A stretch of DNA of 64,000 nt from Okamejei kenojei. Its lineage: Eukaryota. The stretch spans positions 28,458,001-28,522,000 of the forward strand of contig CM069131.1 of NCBI GenBank assembly GCA_035221665.1. Reading direction: 5' to 3'. The notes beneath the pieces were generated by a model. The model was not told the origin of the DNA and did no database searches. It saw only the letters and a program-made list of their open reading frames with translations. The translations under genes and the position numbers were made by a program. Positions 52,894 to 64,000 of the stretch are shown in pieces (within the stretch, counting starts at the first letter, position 1; every line of letters starts with the position of its first letter).

Positions 52894-53871
52894 TTAATAG
52901 CAAACAAAGCAGGTGATTATAGTGCCAAAGCTTGTCATAGTGTGAACAGGTTTGTTGTAGAACTTTGAAAAAGTTTCTTCTTTACTCCACCCTGCGATTT
53001 TTAAAATATGCTCGAGAGGTACGTCCCGCCCCTTCGCCGCGGACGTAGCTGCCGCCCTGGTGGAGTGAGATTTGAAGACATCAGTGTCTACTCCCGCTAA
53101 AACCAACACCTGTTTCAACCATTTTGAGATAGTTTGAACTGAAGCTTTTGTGTGTGGCTTTTTGTGCGTAAGCAGCAATGTCTTTTCGTTTCCTCGAAAA
53201 GTGTCCGTAACTTTAATATATTGGTTCAAATGTCTAACCACACACAAAGCAGGCTCAATATGAAAAGCTTGAAAGGTTACCTTTGTTCCAGATCTCCCTG
53301 GTCTACTTTGTTTGATCAGATCGTAAACATAGAATACAACGTTATCTGTAGTCACATGCATACAGTCTAAACGCAACATTTGTAAAGTTTGCACTCTTTG
53401 GGCTGAGACCAGTGACATTAACATGACCAATTTCAATGTTAACCTATCCAAAGTCAACCCTTCAATTGGCGTCCATTCTCTAAGTAGAGCAAGTACTATG
53501 CTCACATCCCAAATCTCTGTATATCTAGGTTTTGGCGGATTCATGTGAAAAATTCCTTTCATGAATCGTGATATTAATGGATGCGACCCAATTGACTTCT
53601 CACCAATCATAAGTCCTAAATAGGACGACAAGGCACTGCGTGCAGTGTTAATGGCACTGTAACTTAAATGTTGCCCAAAGTGCAAATTGGCAAGGAATTC
53701 CAAAACATGAGTAACATTCACAGAATCATCAGAAATATTTGACTGTGTGCAAAATTCTTCCCATTTCTTAATATGTGTCATATATTGTTTCTGTGTGCTA
53801 TGTCGCCATGATGCGCCAATAACTGTCAAAGTTTGGTCCGACAATCCCAGTTCCTGTAGTGGTCTGGTCAA
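52894..53871 (-). CDS. DIRS tyrosine recombinase (open 325-aa frame)
   Basis: Catalytic pattern SAQR...K...HSTR...AGWS...KFY. Confidence 0.92.
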   Translation of the reverse strand: MTRPLQELGLSDQTLTVIGASWRHSTQKQYMTHIKKWEEFCTQSNISDDSVNVTHVLEFLANLHFGQHLSYSAINTARSALSSYLGLMIGEKSIGSHPLISRFMKGIFHMNPPKPRYTEIWDVSIVLALLREWTPIEGLTLDRLTLKLVMLMSLVSAQRVQTLQMLRLDCMHVTTDNVVFYVYDLIKQSRPGRSGTKVTFQAFHIEPALCVVRHLNQYIKVTDTFRGNEKTLLLTHKKPHTKASVQTISKWLKQVLVLAGVDTDVFKSHSTRAAATSAAKGRDVPLEHILKIAGWSKEETFSKFYNKPVHTMTSFGTIITCFVCY

Positions 53872-53916
53872 AACCTGCAGATTAACAAATTCATATATGC
53901 ATATAATGGGTAACCT

Positions 53917-55764
53917 TCATTTGTTTACTGGATTAGTCAAGATATCACTACAGTTAGGAATCTGCATATATGGTTCTTTAATCATATTTAGCATAACTGG
54001 GAACCAAGGTTGAGTTGGCCAATTTGGCACTACCAACAATCCGGAAGCTGAATCTTGCTCTATTTTCTTCAAGCATCTCTGGATCAGAGCAAATGGTGGA
54101 AAAGCATAAAAGAACATTTTTCCCCAGTGTAATGAAAATGCATCTACTGCAACTGCGTCCGGATCGTGTTCCCAAGACACATAATGAGGCAATTGATGAT
54201 TAAGCCTGGATGCAAACAAATCAATTTCTGGCAACCCAAATCGTCTAACAATATTCTTAAATATTGCTGGCTTAAGCATCCATTCCGTATTATCTTTAAA
54301 AATCCTGGACCTTTCATCTGCTACCACATTGTCTTTACCTGGAATATAGCTTGCTGAAATCCATATCTGCCGACCAATACACCATTGCCATATCTCATTG
54401 ACCAGACAATCACATGATACTGATCTAACTCCCCCCATGTGATTAATGTAAACCACAGCCGTTTTATTGTCTAATTGTATTAATACATGCAGACATTGTT
54501 TAGCAGAACAATATGCTTTAAGCCCATAAAAGGCCCCCAATAACTCCAAATAGTTAATACCATACTTTTGGAGAAAACACTTGCTCTTCAGTTTTCCATC
54601 TACCTCCACAACTGGAAGATAAATCTGTGGCCCCCCATCCGAGAGCACTAGCATCTGTTTGCAAAACCATTTCAGGCTGTTTAATCATGATCTTCTTAGC
54701 AGCTTGTGGGACATTTTCAACCCACCATTGCAATTCCAATACTGCTTTCTTTGTTAATTGCATAGGTCTGTCAAAGTGACCTGCCTTATCTTTAAGAGCC
54801 CTTACTTTGTCCCTTTGAAGATTTTTGATAATGTAATGGCCCAAATTCCACTGCCGGAAATGCTGCCACCAGTGTACCAATGACTTTTGCCACTTCTCGG
54901 ATGGAGGGATAAGGTTTGTGAATGAGGTAATTACACATTTGCAAAATATCATTTGTCTTCTTTGCTGGCAACGTAACTAACATAGTCACTGAGTTAATTA
55001 CAAACCCCAGAAAATCAATTGATTGAACTGGCTGCAGCTGGGATTTAATTGGATGAATTAAGAATCCAAGCTCTTTAAACAAAGCTTTAGTAACTGAAAT
55101 TGAGTGCTCAGCTGACTCTTGACTATCATTAATAATCAGAATATCATCCAGATAAGCCATTACAATGTGTTTCTGTGCTCTTAATTGAGCTAAAAACTGG
55201 TTTCAACAGTTTTGTAAAGAGTCTAGGAGCCGAACTTAATCCATTTGGTAAAGCTTTGAACTGCCATAATTGCCCCTGCCAATAAAACTTTAAGTATCTC
55301 CGAAAAAGATGATGAATTGGTACAGAATAATAGGCGTCTTTCAAATCAATCTTAGCCATATAAGAACCTGCTGAAATCAAATATTTTGCAGTTTTGAATG
55401 TCTCCATCTTAAAATGTTTGTATTCTACAAACTTATTTAGATCTGTAAGGTCTAGAATAATTCTACAACCACCATCTTTCTTATCTCTGCGAAATATGTT
55501 AGAGACAAATTGATGCTTATGTTCATAAGTTTTTTCAATTACCCCTTTTTCGGATAATTTGCCAATTTCCACATTAATCTCCATTCTTTCTTCTGGAGAA
55601 AACACATAAGCATAAGCAGGTTTATTCTGTACAGGAGGATTGACCCCTTCTTTAAAAATAATAATAGCTCCTGAAACTGCTTGTAATATAAATCGATCAG
55701 AAGTAATATTAAGCCAGGCATTATAAAATTTTTGCAATCTCCCTCCAACTGGAGATTCACTCAC
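53917..55764 (-). pseudogene. DIRS pol: RT + RNase H + DNA N6-adenine methyltransferase-like domain, as assembled split by +1 frameshifts
   Basis: VGGRL, IDLKDAY, LPNGLSSAP, YLDD, FLG; TDAS..GWGA, INYLEL, DNKTAV.YIN, N..AD..SR; DLFAS and YAFPPF. Confidence 0.9.
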
Positions 55765-55787
55765 AGTTTCTTTAAGGATAGAAGTCT

Positions 55788-57005
55788 TTAATACCTCTCC
55801 ATAGGAGCGTGATGGTCTCCTCTTTCCCGAATGCAGGAAGCAGTGGCCTGTGTAGCACGATAATACTTTCGTGACAAATTTCTGCCTCTATAACGAAAAT
55901 CAAAACCCCTTCGGGCCGAAAACCCTTTTCTTTGTCCAGAGACAAAAGGCTTAATAGTGCTAAAATATTTAGCTTCTTCATCCAACTGCTTCAGTTGTTT
56001 CGGCAGATTTTCTCCAAACAAATATCCAGGAGCTTGAACTCCACTTTCTTGACACAGGCTTGCATATCTAGGGTGAAATATGGGCCGAATCGCCATTTTC
56101 CTCATGCAATTGATCTCATAAAACGAATTGCACATTAAGCCCAAAGTATCTTTTTGAATCTTGTCCATTTCCAGATTCTCCATTTGCCTGCCAAATGCCG
56201 TGATGGCAGCCGAAAATAATTTTAGCACCTTTTGAAATTTCACTTCTTGGGCTCTCATACTTGGAGTCATAGATGCCCATACCATCAGATTCACCGTAGG
56301 CACTTCCAATGAGGCACAATTGCCTGGTGCTTTATATAATTCTGATAATTCATTCATCACAGTATTATGAAGCTGGTGAGATACCATATAATTTATATTG
56401 GCAGCTAGGCTTTCTTCCATAGCCTCACCACTTCCTTCGGGGTATAGCAAAACTTTGTGCTATCCCAGGCAGATCAAGCCTTTTCTTTTTACTTTGTGGC
56501 GTGCTTTCAAAAGCCATTTCAAATTCAGCAGGGTCTGCCTTCTGCAGCCCTAATTCCATCGGGATATTATCCCATGAGACTTCTTCCAGCCCAAATCGTG
56601 GGTCTGGAGTATCATATTCCCAACTTGGCCCACAGCCATATTCATCATATTCAAACCCCTCAGGGATTTTCTGGGATTCATGAGGGTACTGTGACCCTTG
56701 TCTCATAATAGTTTGGAGAACTTTCTCCATATGCTCCATTTTTAGCCACATAGTTTTATTATCTGGAGGTCTTTCAAAATCAGAATCATCAGAAACCACG
56801 GGCCTCACAGTTTTCTTTTTGCATTTCTTAGGAGCATTTTCCTCCGTGGTTTATAATTTCCGGAGAATCTGGAAATTCTATATCGGGTAAATCAGTGGCC
56901 AACGGTATCGGAAACCGGGTCCACTCTAGCTTCGCTTCCCGTATATTTACTTTCACCCCGGGAGGCTCTCTTCACCCGCGAAGCCTTCCTTCCCGATTTC
57001 TCCAT
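55788..57005 (-). pseudogene. DIRS gag-like ORF1, as assembled frameshifted
   Basis: ORFs 56425-56808 and 55788-56450 (P.N...L.VP.VN..W and LFGE motifs), with a plausible ATG at 57005. Position upstream of pol. Confidence 0.7.
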
Positions 57006-58834
57006 TTTTGTTAAAATTTATCTTGTGCTCAATCAGCACGTTAACGTCTAAATTTTTACTTTTAGTTTCGCTGTTGGAACCATCCAGCGTAACCTAAAAC
57101 CCGCGCCGATGTAACTTCACTTACCTGCGGGCCGTTCCGACCGCTGCGAGGAGCTGCTCCTTACCGCAGCTCCTTCTTTCGCCGTCAGCGTCGACGTCAT
57201 GCCGTTACCAGCGTGAGGCGGGCTCTTCTTCACGTAGTCACTCACGTGACTCCGAAGTAAAATCCCAATTAAAGACATTTACGTTTGTGGTTGTAACGTG
57301 ACAAAATATGGAAAAGTTCAAGGGGTATGAAAACTTTTGCAAGCCACTGTATATCTTTTTTTTTGCTGAAGGTTATTGGGCAGAATGATAATGGGTCTAC
57401 TAATGATTCCAAAGGGAACTGCAATTGTTCAATCATACACATAACATTCAGCAATATTACTGCCGATACCAAATCCATTTAAACATTTAATTTCAAAACA
57501 AATCAATTTAAGATGGGTACTTTATATGCAATATCTGTGTTGTTTACTTTTAATAACATTAACATTGTACCAAACTATAACTGAGTTTCAAATTTATTTT
57601 ATGTTCGTTTAGATAAAATCACAAGATTTCTTCTGAATGTTAGCTTAAATGATGGCAGTTCTGCGTTCGAACAGGATGTACGTTTAAACTCAAATCCTGA
57701 ACTTGAGGTGCACGTTTGGAGCATTACTCAATGCAGCATTGTTTCAAACTCCTGTTAACTTTTTCTGAAGGATACTGAAGATCTTATTGTCACTGCATGT
57801 TTGTCATTGGATTGCACATAGAGCTCATTGTTGGAACCTAGTATTGCTGGGATATCCCAGTATTATGCAAGGAGATCCTGCTCTTTAGTCCTATGCCAGC
57901 CATCCTTGGCTGTGGATCAGAGAACCCATTCATCCTGGAGAATAAGTCGTTGTTTTATTATTAAATATTTATTTTTAAACTTCATTTAATTCCATGCATA
58001 AGATTTAATTTTGAAATGTTTCATATGCATCTGAATATTGGAGACATTTAAAAACTTTGAGAGAAAAAGGGATGCTGTGCTTCTTCCCACCTTTTCCTAA
58101 ATGTCAATGTTCATGGCAGTTTGCAGCCAAAATTGTTCTGGGGGTCTTACTGACTGACACAGAGTGCAGAAGGTCACCTGCATTGGCCCTCTGCATCTGA
58201 CCCAGGAACGTGCAAGTTGGTGTGAACCCTCAGAGCTGATGCTGGGCAGCAGTCCAGATTCAAGAGATCATAAGAGTTGCTAGATCCTTACCACAGCAGT
58301 GACTAAACAACCTTTGTAATTTTGTGGAAGGAGACAAAGTGCTGGAGTAACTCAGCAGGTCAGGCAACATTTCTGTTCAGGAGAACATGGATAGATAATG
58401 TTTTGTGTTGAGACCTTTCTTTTGCAAATTTGTATTGTCACTGTAACTGCCTTTTAATTCTAAACTATATCCACATTGTTTCAGAAACACCAAGAAAATT
58501 TTAGGGTTTATATACCGAAGATGTTACTCAGTTTTGTTTATTGGGGTTTTAGAACAGGCGTTACTTGCCTTGCTAAGGCTCCTGGGATGCTGCGCGGCAG
58601 CAGTAGGCTCCTGGGATGGTGCAGAGCTGGGAACCCACCCAGGAGACCAGGTAGCCAGCAAGGGAAGACCCGGCCGGCTGCAACCTGTGGAGGGAAGCCA
58701 CCGAGCCCCCCGCGGCGGTGCGGGGCAGCTGACCTGGCTCGCCACCATGAAGAAAGTCCCAGCGATTCCTTTGGATTCTCTTGGGTAATGCCTGTAATAT
58801 AATATTTAATTGTTTTTCTTTGCTGTTGTTTCAG

Positions 58835-58972
58835 GTGTGGCAGATTCGTGTAGACTTGCACTTGTTAAATCACGATGGCAACATAATTGATGTAGCAAGC
58901 ATAGCAGCCATTGTGGCACTGTCTCACTTTAAAAGGCCTGATGTGTCAATCCAAGGAGAAGAAGTCACTGTA
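58835..58972 (+). CDS. EXOSC9: EXOSC9 exon 5 (later exons not found in the window)
   Basis: AG/GTGAGT; VWQIRVDLHLLNHDGNIIDVASIAAIVALSHFKRPDVSIQGEEVTV. Confidence 0.96.
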
Positions 58973-60744
58973 GTGAGTATTCGGAAACCTCTCTTCACAA
59001 TTATGTTCCGCAAGGAAAGATCCATGCATCATCACAACCACCTTGACCCAGACTGCTTTCCTATCTCATCCATAATGTTATAATGTGCCGTACATCTTTC
59101 TACTGTTGAATCCTTCTAATACATCTTTGACAATAGCAGAACACTTGTCTCTTTCTTACCATAATAAGCTTGAGGTGAACCAAAACTCTGCTCTATCACA
59201 ATTCCCGTTTGTCCATAGACCTCATTGCAAATATCACTGTTTGACTCACTGTTGCGTATCAGGCTATCTATATTAACAGTCCCAAAGAGGGTATTGTTTT
59301 CAGACTCGAGCCAGACCAATGAACTAACTGAAGGGCTTCAGGAATGTCAGCTATGAAAGAAAAACAGATTGTAAAAGTCCCTATATAAATGGTGCAATGA
59401 AGTATCTTGCAGCTAAAGTAGTTTTGAATCAAAATAGGAAATTCAGCTGCCGTTTTGTGCAAACAGCAAGATCCCATAATGACACTCTGACAATTATTAG
59501 AGATGAATCGTATACTTGCATTTTGGGCTTGGAAAAGTAAGAGGCATTTTCATTGAAAATTCATGGATGGCTTGACTAAGTAGATGCAGGGTTGGATGTC
59601 CTAATGGTGCGGTTGTATTAAAGCAGGGTTCATTTTCTAAATAAAGAGTCAACCAGAGAGAGAAATTACTTCACCCAGAATGTAGCAATCTTTTGAGTTC
59701 TCTGTCAAGCTTCCATGCTGTGGAAGTTTGTGGCTAAGTATGTTCAACACTGCGATTTATAGGTTTTGGGATTTTAAGTAAAACAAGTGACATAGAGTGA
59801 GTGCAGGAAACCGGCACTTGGGTAGAAAAACAGCCATGGTTACTGAATGGAAAGAAGGCGCAAGGTGCTGAATAGTTTGCATTTGTGGAGTAAAATGGAA
59901 AGGTGACATTTCGGGTTGAGTCCCAGTCCATATGAAATTTGTCATCTGTCCATTTTCCTCCACAGTGTCTCCTACGTGGTATGTTAAATCTGCCTCTGTC
60001 GTCTGAGCCAATCACCATCCTTCTCGGGCTATGCACCCCTTAGTTGCATTTACACTTAATGATTCTGATATTTATTAGCCTTTCACCGTGCTTTCACAAA
60101 CAAGAGATCATAAAAAATTATACTGCTAAATCTTTGTATCCAAATCCTGATCAAGTTCCACTGAATCCATACTGTTGTGGTCACTCATGATACCGACAAC
60201 TTTGTTTTTATAATTATAATAATAATAATAATGAACTTTATTTTGGACTCAAGGTCCAGACAAGGGACAACATCACATAAAAATACATTGCATATAAAAA
60301 CATCATAAAATACATATAAAATCTTAATATATCACTTATAAAAGCATCATAAATTATATATATTTTTTAAAAAACACATTAAATTATCACCCTCATTTTC
60401 AAATTCCTTTGTATCTGTAGTTTCCTTCAACCATTCAAACTTCCTAGATATCGACATTACTTTAATTCTGGATGCTTGCAATTCATCACTCCTCTATTAA
60501 TAGTCTTGCCGAGACCTTAATTTCTGAAACTCGTTTTCTAACTTTCGGACATCCAGCTGTTTCTACTTCCTTAAAATGTGTTTATGACATTTCTTTCAAG
60601 TTAAATTGACCATTTGGAGAACTGTAATCCTTGTGTAGTTCAACATTAAATTGTGTTTACCTAGCACCTTCTTACCCGTTAACGTAGTATAGTTAATCTA
60701 TATTACATGAAAAATATGTACGTGCAGACGGGGTGCTTTGTAAA

Positions 60745-61645
60745 TTGGCAGATTTCACCAAGATTGCTGGGTTCACGGAATGTGAAGAAGGCTATCAAAG
60801 TGTACAGCGGTATATAGATTAGCTACAGAAATGGGTGTGGGAAATGGCAGATTAAGTAAATCTGAGGAAATTGCATTTTGGGAGGTTAAATGTAAGGCTA
60901 AAACATACAATTAATGACTCGACCTTAACAGCCTTGATGTACGAAGGAATATTGGGGTCCATGTGCATTACTTCCTGAAAGTGGCTACACAAGTAGATAG
61001 AGTGGTAAAGAAGGCATATGGTATGCTTGGCTTCATTAGTTGGGGCATTGAGTATAAGGGTCAGGAAGTCACGATGCAATTTTATAAAACTTTGGTTAGG
61101 CCGCATTTGGAGCATTGCATGCAGTTCTGGTCGCCCCATTGCAGGAAGAATCTGGAAGCTACGGAATGGGTGCAGAGGAGGTATATCAGAATGATAGACA
61201 CAAAATGCTGGAGTAACTCTGGGACAGGCAGCATCTCTGGATTGGAGAATATCAATTATAGGAGAGGATGGATGGACTTAGATTGTTTTCTATGGAATGC
61301 CAGATGTTATGGGGAGACCTGATAAAAGTATACAAAATTAGGAGAGACATAGATAGGGTAGATAGAACATGTTTCCCAGGATGTAAATATCAAATACTAG
61401 ACGGCATAGCTTTTAGGTTCAAGGGGCAAAGTTTAAAGATGTACAGGGCAAGTCTTTTACACAGTGGATCGTGAACTGCCAGAGGTGGTGGTGGAGGCAG
61501 ATGTGATGGTGGCATTTGAGAGACTTTTGGATAGGTATGTGGATATAGAGGGTTATGATTATGTTCAGGCAAATAGTTCCTGACATCATGTTCGACATAG
61601 ATATTGTGGACTGAAGGCTCTGTTCTTGTGCTGTGTTGTTCTATG
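60745..61645 (+). mobile_element. Degenerate CR1-like LINE 3' fragment
   Basis: ORF 60963-61322 LKVATQVDRVVKKAYGMLGFI...LVRPHLEHC, followed by a CR1 3' UTR. Confidence 0.85.
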
Positions 61646-62104
61646 TGCTGGAATGCTCTGTATTCTAGATACTGTAGCTAGTAATCTAATTGTGATGCTT
61701 CAATCACTGATTGAATCAGATGGAGAAGAGCGATAATGGGGAGATTTTGGTGAATTGTGCCTTGCAGCAGCTCTGTATTGTTATCACAAAATCATTGAAC
61801 TGGAGTGGAGAAAATATTTTGATTATAAAATGCTACGCGATTTTCACTTGAAGTTTGTTTATTTATTTGGAAGTTCGAAACTGTTCACAGCAAAGAAATT
61901 TGAGAAGAACATTGTCTCAAAAGGAGCATTAGTAGTACTTTAAAATGATCTTGTAACACATAAGGGGAGTTATAGGATTACAGTGTAATTTGCAGTTTTG
62001 ATGGGTGTGATTAGGAACGCCCTCTTTCTAAAACCTTTTCATTGAGGTGAGGTGTCCATCAGTCAAAACTGTTGTGTGTCTGTTGTTACGGATATTGTCA
62101 TATA

Positions 62105-62600
62105 ATCTTGGCTGATCTATCTCTCCCTCCTAACCCCATTCTCTTGTCTTCGCCCCATAATCTCTGACACCTGTACTAATCAAGAATCTATCTCTGCCTT
62201 AAAAATATTCACTGACTTGGCCTCTACAGCCTTCTGTGGCAAAGAATTCCACAGCGGAATCAAGGGATATGGGGAGAAGGCAGGAACGGAGTACTGATTG
62301 CGAATGATCAGCCATGATCACATTGAATGGCAGTGCTGCCTCGAAGGGCCAAATGGCCTACTCCTGCACCTATTGTCTTATGTATCTATGTATTCACCAC
62401 TCTCTGACTAAATACATTTCTCCTCATCTTCTTCCTAAAAGAACGTCCTTTAATTCTGAGGCTATGACCTCTAGTTCTAGACTCTCCCACTAATGGAAAC
62501 ATCCTCTCCACATCCACTCTGTCCAAGCCTTTCACTACACTGTTTTAATGAGGTACCCCCCTCATTCTTCTAAACTCCAGCGAGTACAAGCCCAACGAGT
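62105..62600 (-). mobile_element. CR1-like 3' end with a second CR1 3' end (~62254-62391, +) nested in opposite orientation
   Basis: The host sequence gaattccacag|attcaccac is split by a plus-strand tail ending cctgcacctattgtc. Confidence 0.7.
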
Positions 62601-63289
62601 ACAGGCCTACTTGAAGTAGCTGAGTGCATGACTCAGATACTGGTAGCAGACATGTGATGCATAGGGTGTGGTCGAATATGTGTGTGGTTTCCTGCAGACA
62701 TGTATGCTGTTTCGTGCTATCCTCGCGTGTGGACAATTATATATTTAATTTTGACGGTTACAATGTGGATATTGCTAACCTTAAGGTGGGATGTGCAGTA
62801 TGGCCATGTGGTGTTAATGACACCGTATTTTTAAAGAAGTGATGGTGTGAATTTGCTTCTCTTTTGCAGTGAGAAAAGTGAAGAGGTTTTTCCTGCAGTT
62901 ATAATACCTTATGATCATTTGGCTGCTTGGGAATATCTCCTGATTCTCCTTTTGTGGTTCCTGCTGTTCCTCTTAGTAGCCAGGTTGAATACTGTGAAGT
63001 ATCTGGAACTGTTTGGGTCGGTACACTGCATTGATTCAGACAACAGAATGTCATCTTGAGACAGGAGATGGTATTTTCCACCAGAGCCCTAGTGGTTTTG
63101 ACACTTCCTCTTAAAGTATTCGAAACTACTTGAGTAGGGACTTGTGTTTGTTGTTAAGGATCCAAGTCAGGCAACACGGACTTGCCTGGAGTGAAGGGGA
63201 GCAAACTTCCTGGGGAATAGCTGTAACGTGAGAAATTCTGCTTGCGGTCCATAAATTGAAGACCTTTTGATCAACATCCAAGTGCTTCA

Positions 63290-64000
63290 ATGTTTAAGAA
63301 GGAACTGCAGATGCTGGAAAATCGAAGGTAGACAAAAATGCTGGAGAAACTCACATTCAAAAACCTTATACTCATATAAAGGAATCCACTCATATCCGGA
63401 CCTCTCCAAAGAACAGCAGCATCTATGGAGCGAAGGAAATAGGCAATGTTTCGGGTTTAGACCCTTCTTCAGACTGATGTGAGGGTGGGAGGGTGAGGGG
63501 GGGAGAAGAAGAAAGGAAGAGGCGGAGACAGTGGGCTGAGGGAGAGGTGAGAAAGGAAGGAGACAGCAGGGACTACATGAAATTAGAGAAGTCAATGTTC
63601 ATACCGCTGGGGTGTAAACTGCCCAAACAAAGTATGAGGTGCTGCTCCTCCAATTTCCGGTGGTCCTCACTCTGGCCATGAAGGAGGCCCACGACAGAAA
63701 GGTCAGATTCGGAATGGGAGGGGCAGTTGAAGTGCTGAGCCACCGGGAGATCAGGTAGGTTATTGCGAACCGAGTGGAGGTGTTGGGCAAAGCGATCGCC
63801 AAGCCTACGCTTGGTCTCACCGATGAGGAGCAGCTGACACCTAGAGCAGCGGATGCAATAGATGAGGTTGGCGGAGGTGCAGGTGAACCTCTGCTGCACC
63901 TGGAAAGACTGCTTGGGTCCTTGGATGGAGTCAAGGGGGGAGGTAAAGCGACACGTGTAGCATTTCCTGCGGTTGCAAGGGAAAGTGCCAGGAGAAGGGG
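63290..64000 (-). mobile_element. Penelope-like element 3' part (GIY-YIG), runs off the window
   Basis: ORF 63573-63899 TSANLIYCIRCSRCQLLLIGETKRRLGDRFAQH...GMN, followed by the same terminal repeat as 21950-22137. Confidence 0.85.

Larger units (their letters stand above)
52338..57263 (-). mobile_element. Full-length DIRS-1-like tyrosine-recombinase retrotransposon
   Basis: gag-like, RT, RNase H, methyltransferase-like and YR domains in order. Inverted terminal repeats with a perfect 38-bp core (52408-52445 / 57199-57236), a 3' extension (52338-52380) and an internal complementary region (52565-52677). Confidence 0.96.
50811..57349 (-). mobile_element. Tc1-like transposon #2 (same family as 1798-3400), interrupted in one TIR by a DIRS element
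   Basis: TA|CAGTGGCTTGCAAAAG ... GCAAGCCACTG|TA. Tc1 sequence spans 50811-52337 and 57264-57349. Disrupted transposase 52042->~51000 (WSDETK present, stop before [11 protein letters not shown]). Confidence 0.95.

Noticed and set aside
59000-64000. Search for EXOSC9 exon 6 (expected ...ERDPVPLSIHH...)
   Set aside because: No matching exon seen, so it probably lies beyond the window. Not evidence of gene truncation.

Overview
Vertebrate genomic DNA, most likely a cartilaginous fish (shark/skate/ray), judged from HE1-type SINEs, HER1/CR1-type LINEs and a J-chain gene. Three spliced host genes can be read exon by exon with GT-AG boundaries: (1) the last two exons of the immunoglobulin J chain (JCHAIN, +, 630-710 and 5442-5538); (2) a complete annexin A5 (ANXA5, -, 12 coding exons 37950->12276, 975 nt = 324 aa + stop, plus a probable non-coding exon 1); (3) exons 1-5 of exosome subunit EXOSC9/Rrp45 (+, from 43397, continuing past the window). 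The rest is mostly transposable elements: IR/DR-type Tc1 transposons, a full-length DIRS-1-like tyrosine-recombinase retrotransposon nested in a Tc1 terminal repeat, CR1 and Rex1-like LINE fragments, Penelope-like GIY-YIG fragments whose termini carry a hammerhead-like core, and a tandem array of Helitron-like units. Main points for follow-up: a J chain that stops before its last disulfide loop, with an out-of-frame relic of that loop in the 3' UTR; a DIRS element whose circle junction and target share a 6-bp core and whose frameshifts are all +1 in short homopolymers (it may be intact); a Tc1 flanked by a ~385-bp direct duplication; and Cys in place of the ANXA5 Trp187. No prokaryote-type system (CRISPR, operon) is present, and I found no clearly new multi-gene system.
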